DNA of 62,182 nucleotides, counting the filler, from Bipalium vagum (Eukaryota), in assembly GCA_037834085.1 (NCBI GenBank). It is 3 parts of 3 records of this genome, joined end to end, with 100 filler letters (N's around TTAATTAATTAA, not from the genome) between each part and the next. Parts side by side here need not be neighbours in the genome. Positions count along the whole stretch, not along the records: positions 43,673 to 62,182 come from JBBMKC010026881.1; 2 more parts are not named here. The stretch is one strand, 5' to 3'. The notes under the pieces are model-generated. The model was given only the letters and a program-made list of their open reading frames with translations, had not been told where the DNA came from and ran no database searches. Below are positions 56,029 to 62,182 of this stretch, piece by piece. Made by a program: the position numbers and the translations under genes. Each line of letters opens with the position of its first letter. Position 1 is the stretch's first letter.

Positions 56029-58352
56029 TTAAAACAAGTCGACCTGTTTTTTAAGATCGTTACGCTTCCATTCCGGTAAAAGATAAAATGCCTGTCTACT
56101 TAAATTGAACAGTTGTAAAAATTCCTCATCATTGATGTACGTCTAAAAAGATAATATTAAAAAAATAAAACAATTGACTTACCATATTAAAGAAAATGAG
56201 GTGTGACTTAAAAAGTATGATGTTTATTTTAATCTTAATAATTGTTGAATAATTTAAATTTAAATTATCTACTTGAGTCACATCAAACTCATATATAAAT
56301 GATATTCAACCCAAAGAAAAATACGATGATTTCTATTATTGTCGAATTTATAAGCTTACTTGAAAAAAAAATGATATCGATTTTAAAATATTCTAAAAAA
56401 TCAATTAATATTTATTCAAATTTAGCTTACATTAAAGTATAAATTTAATATTCATGAAATTTTGATTTTAAATGACTTATAAAGGTAATCGCTTTCTGGT
56501 AGAATTCATGTCACGGAAAATTCTTGAGGCAGTACTTTGGTTGACTAAAATGCGATCTAATCCAAATAGAAACAATCGAATATTTTTTTAATATATTTCT
56601 GAATATTTTTCTATATATTTCAGCATAAACCTGTAATATAAAATTCATAGATTTTAAGATTTGTTTAAATTGAAAAAATATTTTTCTAAATTTTCAAAAT
56701 TTTGATTTTAATAAATAGACTTCAGGCCGAAAAAATGGAAAGTAATCGAAAATAAAAATTGTTTTCAATAACGATCTTTGGTGAATTAGATCGCGTAATA
56801 ATCTAGTTAATTTTACAACAGTTTTATATTATTGTTGTAATAAATGAAAAGCTCATTGTGAAGCTAATTTAAAAATTAATAAAAATGCTGGTAACATGTA
56901 TTGTATATCATACGACATTGATCATTCCTCACATCGCATTAGTTTGAGCAAAAAATAGATTGGTTACTCACAATCCAAAGGTTTTATTAGAAAAATTATC
57001 AAAATACAGGAAAGAGATATAAAGAAAATGTTTAACATTAAGTAACTCCTTTCTGATAAACAAATATCTGTCTCTTTAAGTAAGAAAAGTAATGTTATCT
57101 AAGAATAGAAAGAAGCAAAAAAATGACTCAATATTTTTCTAGTGAAAATCTAATTGAAATGTTCAATAATAATTTGTTTAGTGATGAACATGACTCATTT
57201 GTATTGTGCTATTCTTCAGATCAATGTCGTGTGTTAATCAAAATGAAAAAATATATTTTGCTTCTGTGAATCTACTAATATATATACTGATGCTGTTTTT
57301 TATACAATTTTTCTCCATCAATCAACAATTTTCTTGAACGATTTAATCACCTCATAAAAGAAAAATATGCAAATTGGGAAAGATTGAGTTTTTCCGAATT
57401 TTTAAATGTCAATGGATATTTTTAAAAATTATTGTGAAACATTTTCGTGTTTAAAAATGTATAATAAAGAAGAAATGATTTTTGATGAAAATAAAGATTT
57501 TAAACTGATCAAGAAATATGAAACAAGTCAAATATTCTTGTTTCATGGTATCATTGAGAAAGAATTGGATCTTATTTTTCAAAAGTTTCATTCCAAACTT
57601 TTTAATGCATGTGTCAACTTTTACAAAGATTTAGTATACATTTGGAAAAACAGTATTATTAAAACTTGGAAAGATATCTGTTGTTCTTGAGGTCATTTTA
57701 TCATAGTAAGCATAGGAAATTTTCTCACTTGTATTAATTTTTGAATTATTTAAATTTAAGTAATTTTGTTAATGTAAATATTCTAATATATTTATATATA
57801 TATTTATATATTTATAAATATATTTTATTTATTTATAATTTTTAAATTAATTATAACTTTGTCAATTTATGTAATTTTACCATTCTTAAAATAATAATTT
57901 AAATAAATTTATTCTGCAATGAAAACTTAATGAATAATTTTAAATAAAAATAGGATCAACATACTTCCAAACGTGATCGGTCCAGGTGCTTTAATATTCT
58001 TCGATTTGATATTTTAAGTTGATTGTAAGGTATGGCCTTCATTAATATAAAAAAATTATGTTTATATTTGTAAAATCCATACGGAAATGACGAAAGAACT
58101 TGAATCTTCTGCTGAATTTCGATATTTAGATCTCGTTAAAGAAGAGTAGTTTCTTGTTGATGTCCTACTGCTATTTCTTTCATGACTGAGTAATCCATCA
58201 GGATTTGACTTATTAATTTGCCTCAGTTCTACGTATGAATTTCTAAAACAGTTTCTATAATCTAAAGCAAAATGTACTAATGGTCTTCTGGCTTAAATGA
58301 ATTTAACTTAAATTAGAGATAATTCAGAAACCAGAAACGTCACCAATGGCAT
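56029..58352 (-). CDS. Villin-headpiece protein of the abLIM/UNC-115/dematin type (5' end uncertain)
   Basis: Exons 58287(or 58291)-58083, 58036-57965 (AIPYNQLKISNRRILKHLDRSRLE) and 56142-56029 (TYINDEEFLQLFNLSRQAFYLLPEWKRNDLKKQVDLF*). A 46-nt intron and a GTATGT donor, both phase 0. Tentative first exon 58352-58339; optional microexon 56206-56183. Confidence 0.85.
56715..57690 (+). mobile_element. Possible Mutator/MULE-like transposase remnant inside the headpiece-gene intron
   Basis: Broken frames with NIYTDAVFY (cf. DgTF); weak resemblance only. Confidence 0.25.
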
Positions 58353-58639
58353 ATTAATGATAAGATACTCGTTTAAATTGAATATATGAAAATTAATATA
58401 TTACATAATAGTAAAACGTGTTATTACATTTTTTGACACACAATTAATAAATAATAATTCAATATTTTCCAAAGAGTATAGTTTCCTTTTATTAATACGT
58501 ATATCACTTATATATATATATATATATATACAATATATATAGACAATACAAGGTACATTAAAAATTATTAAATTTAAAATTGTAAGATTGTTAAATATGC
58601 TTAAGATAACACTCAATTTTTGATCCAACGAAACCCTTT

Positions 58640-59135
58640 TATTGAAAATTTATATTTTTCAACATGAAATCCATTAAGACTAATCTCAATGTTGTAATCG
58701 ACGATAGAAAACATGACATTAATACACATTTGTGATAGTATTATAGTTGTACCTTCGATTGCATCTGTGAGAACTTTCAGCTTTTTCATCTTTCTCATAT
58801 AAACCTTTGTCTCAAGATATCTCCAAAGAACGAAATCGATTAAGGAAAGATCTAGTGATCTCGCAGACCAATTTAAGAATCTTTAAATTCCAATCTATCT
58901 TTGAAATGTGCTGTTACAAAAATTAACTACAAGCGAATAATGAGCCGAAGCTCCTTCCTGTTGCAAAATTAAAATTTGATCTTGTTCCTTGACAAAGTTG
59001 TGGCATGAGGTGTCCATACAAAATTCAAATGCTTCATCAGCTACATGACGAAGACTGTGCGGAAGAAGTAGGAATTTGTCAACCCTTGATAACTGAAATC
59101 CAAAAAGATCCAGCTTTTATTGAAAATCTTACCAC
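58640..59135. mobile_element. Rearranged DD41D-like transposase remnant with two pieces in opposite orientation
   Basis: Minus strand: LQQEGASAHY...WSARSLDLSLIDFVLWRYLETKVY. Plus strand from 59005: PYKIQMLHQLHDED. Confidence 0.65.
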
Positions 59136-59489
59136 ACAGATGATAAGATTACAGATAAAAATAAGTTTAAAAAATACTCAAGTAAAATTACATATATTCA
59201 CGAAAAATGACTCAGAGGACAAAATATTTCATTAAAAAATTAATAATTATAATCATTAATGATCTCTGTATTTTTGTAGTCCATATAACATCAAATGTGT
59301 GACTAAAGTCAAATAAACATTAAATATGAGGGCAACTAACTATAAACTATATAAGTAGAAAAAAAAATTTATTTTTGAGTCTAGTTATGTTGTCATGATA
59401 AATTCACTTTTCATTGCAAGTGAGAAAAGGATTACTTCGGTTTCGAGAAGTCTTGAACAAATTTCAATGCTATCCAATTTTTTTTTCAG

Positions 59490-59855
59490 CTAGTTCGTGG
59501 GGAACCAATTTTTCGAGTTTACATATATATTTATATTTAACTTAGAAGCAATTTGTTTAGCAATAATTGATCTGTTTTGTTCAAGAAGGTCGATAATTTG
59601 ATAATTCTCCAACTCTTTTGGCCTTCCAGACCTCTCTTTGTCTTCCAATGACAAATCGCCATCATTGAATTGTTTGAACCAATTTTGCACTGTTCGCAGT
59701 TGTATTGTTCTTTCACCAAGCACCTCGTTAAGTTTTGAGACAGTTTCATTTTTGCTTGTGTTATTTTTCCATTCGTAATAAATAATTGCTCGAATTTTTG
59801 ATTTGTGCAGCAAATTTTTGGACCACTTATTCCAGAAGATAATGGTTAATAACAT
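59490..59855 (-). mobile_element. Mariner transposase N-terminal fragment
   Basis: IRAIIYYEW...RTVQNWFKQFNDGDLSLEDKERSGRP. Confidence 0.85.
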
Positions 59856-60089
59856 TAATTATACAGTAAATTTGAAACTCACGTGTTTAAGCAGCAAACT
59901 GAAACAAAGAAAATTTAAATCGGTAGATAAATGAGAATCGCAGGAGCTAACAAATTTAAACAACTGAAAAAACGAAAAAACTTAGTTCGATACTTGATAT
60001 ATATTATAACTAATAATAATTTATAAGTGAACTAATTTATTATTATTTAAATCTAATTGATCTCTTATTTTTTCCTCAAAATACTTTTA

Positions 60090-60660
60090 ATGGCTAAATC
60101 AAAAGAAATTCCAATCGAAAAAAGATCGCAAATAGTTATTTTGAGTGGAATAGGCAAGTCATAGGCGGAAATCGCAAAGTTCCAAAAGGTGAAATTTCGA
60201 AAACTAGATCGTGTCAGCGTGATAAAGATAAAAATATTGATCGCATCTACCTTGATGTATACGTAAACCAACAAAAAACTGATGATAAGATATTAACAAT
60301 TAGTAATGTAAACTGATTCAAATATGCTTCTTATATCAAATTTGAAATAAATTAAAGATTATCTTTGCATTACCCAATAACATCTGGATTTCAACTTTTC
60401 AACATAATAACTAGCCCGAATACTCTTCTAAGCTGTATTATAATTATTTTAATCAAAGAAGATGGAATAATTCAAATGTTGAAATGAGCTCCATAATGAA
60501 CTTGACCTTCAAGTAAGAGATATGAGAACAAACAGCCAAATAGATATGGGGAATTCGTTGAATAACGCTTGGAACAATAAAAGTAAAATAAAAATTACTA
60601 AACTTGTGGAGAGATCGCCGTCATCAAAGCAAAAGATGGTTACACCAATGAACATTAACT
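60090..60660 (+). mobile_element. Highly degenerate Tc1 transposase
   Basis: MAKSKEIPIEKRSQIVILS.IGKS*AEIAK N-terminus and a terminal VIKAKDGYT motif. Confidence 0.55.
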
Positions 60661-61712
60661 TATGATTTTCTGTGTAAAAATAGTGTTAATTTAATCTTAA
60701 AAAAAGTATTTTAATTTTTTTAAACTTAAAAACAGTAAATACATTAAAATCATTAAATAAAAGAAGTAAAGAAAAGTAAGTTGTATAAGACTGGAACCTT
60801 CAATTTTCACTTTTTCGTTAGAAGTTTTCAAAATTTTGACCAGTTATGTAAAAATTAAAAATTATTGTTAATATAAAAATAATAAAAAAAAAGAATTATT
60901 TTTATTTTAAATTTAAGCTATATAACAGGTCTTCATCGAATTATGCACAAATTAAGTGCAACATGTTAGGTGCACATAATTCATACACATAATTTTTAAT
61001 AATTAATAATAAAATAAATATTTTATTTTTTATTTAAATATTTTTAAAATATAAAAATATAAAAAATAAGAATTTTTATTAATCAAAATATATACTTTAA
61101 CCTCGAAAGGTATTTAAGAGCACCAGGTCAGTGTCAAAAATATTCTAAAACAATATTCATTGGTAAAATTAACAATCATCAGATTGAAGATACTTGACTG
61201 AAAGAGAAAAGAGATTGTTGCTATGTAAAACACACGGAAAAGCTCTAAGAGCGACAAAATCTACGAACCTCAACTTTTAGATATTTTTTTACTTTTCTAC
61301 AAGGCTTGTGCTAAAATAATGTCATTCTTTAATTATGAAAGTAAAAACCTTAACACTCAGGTAAAAATAAACTTTATTAATCAAAATAAAATCCATATGA
61401 TACAATACATTTCTGCAAACAAATTTATTAATATCAGTTGAATAAAACTCTTTACTTATGGATGCCAAAAACTCATCAATTGGGAATGCGTAAGGAGTGG
61501 TTCGAACAATTAGTTTGCTTGAATCTTTTTAAGTGAGGACCTCACGCTTAATTAAAAGTTAATAAATGTTTTAAATTAAGTTTTTTAAAATTATTAAGTT
61601 ACATTTCTTAAAATATTTAATAAAATATTTTAAATGTAAATAATTTAGTTTTAAAAAATAGGTAAGGTCCATGTTTGAAAAGTTTGTTTAACTAATCGGA
61701 TTTAATGAAATA

Positions 61713-62182
61713 TTAGGTTGGCAACTAAGTTCCCGCCGTTTTTCAAAAAAAATAAACAACTAATTAACCAAATATATATATTCAATAAAAAAAACAATTA
61801 ATTAATGAGTAATGTAATCTCCATTGTTGTTTATAACTTCTTCCCAACGTCCAATAAGATTCTCAATACCTTGTTTGTAGAAATCATCCGATTTCAACTC
61901 AAAAAATTCATCCAACCAAGCTCTCAATTCTGCATCATTGAACGAAATTCCACGCATAGCATTTGAAAGTGATCGGAAAAGGTGAAAATCCGTTGGTGCC
62001 AAATCGGGTGAATATGGCGGGTGTGGAAGGACTTCCAACCCATGACTTTGAATGGCTTCCTTGGTCATATTAGCGATATGAGAGCGGGCATTGTCGTGCA
62101 GTAATAGAACTGTATCCTGCAGATTAGGTCTTTTCCTTTGAATAGCCGTGTTCAGTCGTTCCATCTGTTGAACATACAGTTG
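61713..62182 (-). mobile_element. Mariner (DD34D) element 3' end, truncated by the window edge; visible ORF uninterrupted
   Basis: LLHDNARSH...HPPYSPDLAPTDFHLF with 34-aa D-D spacing; TA followed by the TIR TTAGGTTGG at 61711. Confidence 0.92.

Noticed and set aside
925-62182. Genome-wide reassignment of TGA (all homology-supported genes end in TAA; four in-frame TGAs in otherwise open frames)
   Set aside because: The TGAs do not map to one amino acid, TGG is used normally, TAA preference is expected at this AT content, and the two orphan ORFs end in TGA. Kept only as a locus-specific hypothesis.

Overview
AT-rich, intron-containing eukaryotic (almost certainly metazoan) genomic DNA. It consists of three contigs joined by artificial 100-bp N/TTAATTAATTAA linkers at 25071-25170 and 43573-43672. 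Host genes reconstructed by hand: (1) two tandem 13-exon SLC5A6/8/12-type sodium:solute symporter paralogs. Copy 1 (925-9755) is intact, 587 aa. Copy 2 (13909-22734) has identical exon lengths and the same TAA but two in-frame TGAs. (2) The last three exons of a PDE5/6/11-type cyclic-nucleotide phosphodiesterase (45490-47909). (3) A minus-strand abLIM/dematin-type villin-headpiece gene missed by the ORF track (56029-58352), with a candidate 24-nt cassette microexon inside the headpiece. (4) Two Ser/Asn-rich orphan genes (about 36325-37262 and 40540-41124). Introns are bimodal: mostly 40-58 nt with relaxed splice signals, or 1-3 kb and filled with transposon debris. The rest is largely decayed transposons: Tc1, mariner, DD37E- and DD41D-like, pogo/Tigger, Merlin, hAT-like, Gypsy, RTE-like and an RLE-type non-LTR element. 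All assignments come from manual translation and motif recognition; no searches were run. No rRNA, tRNA or CRISPR was found.
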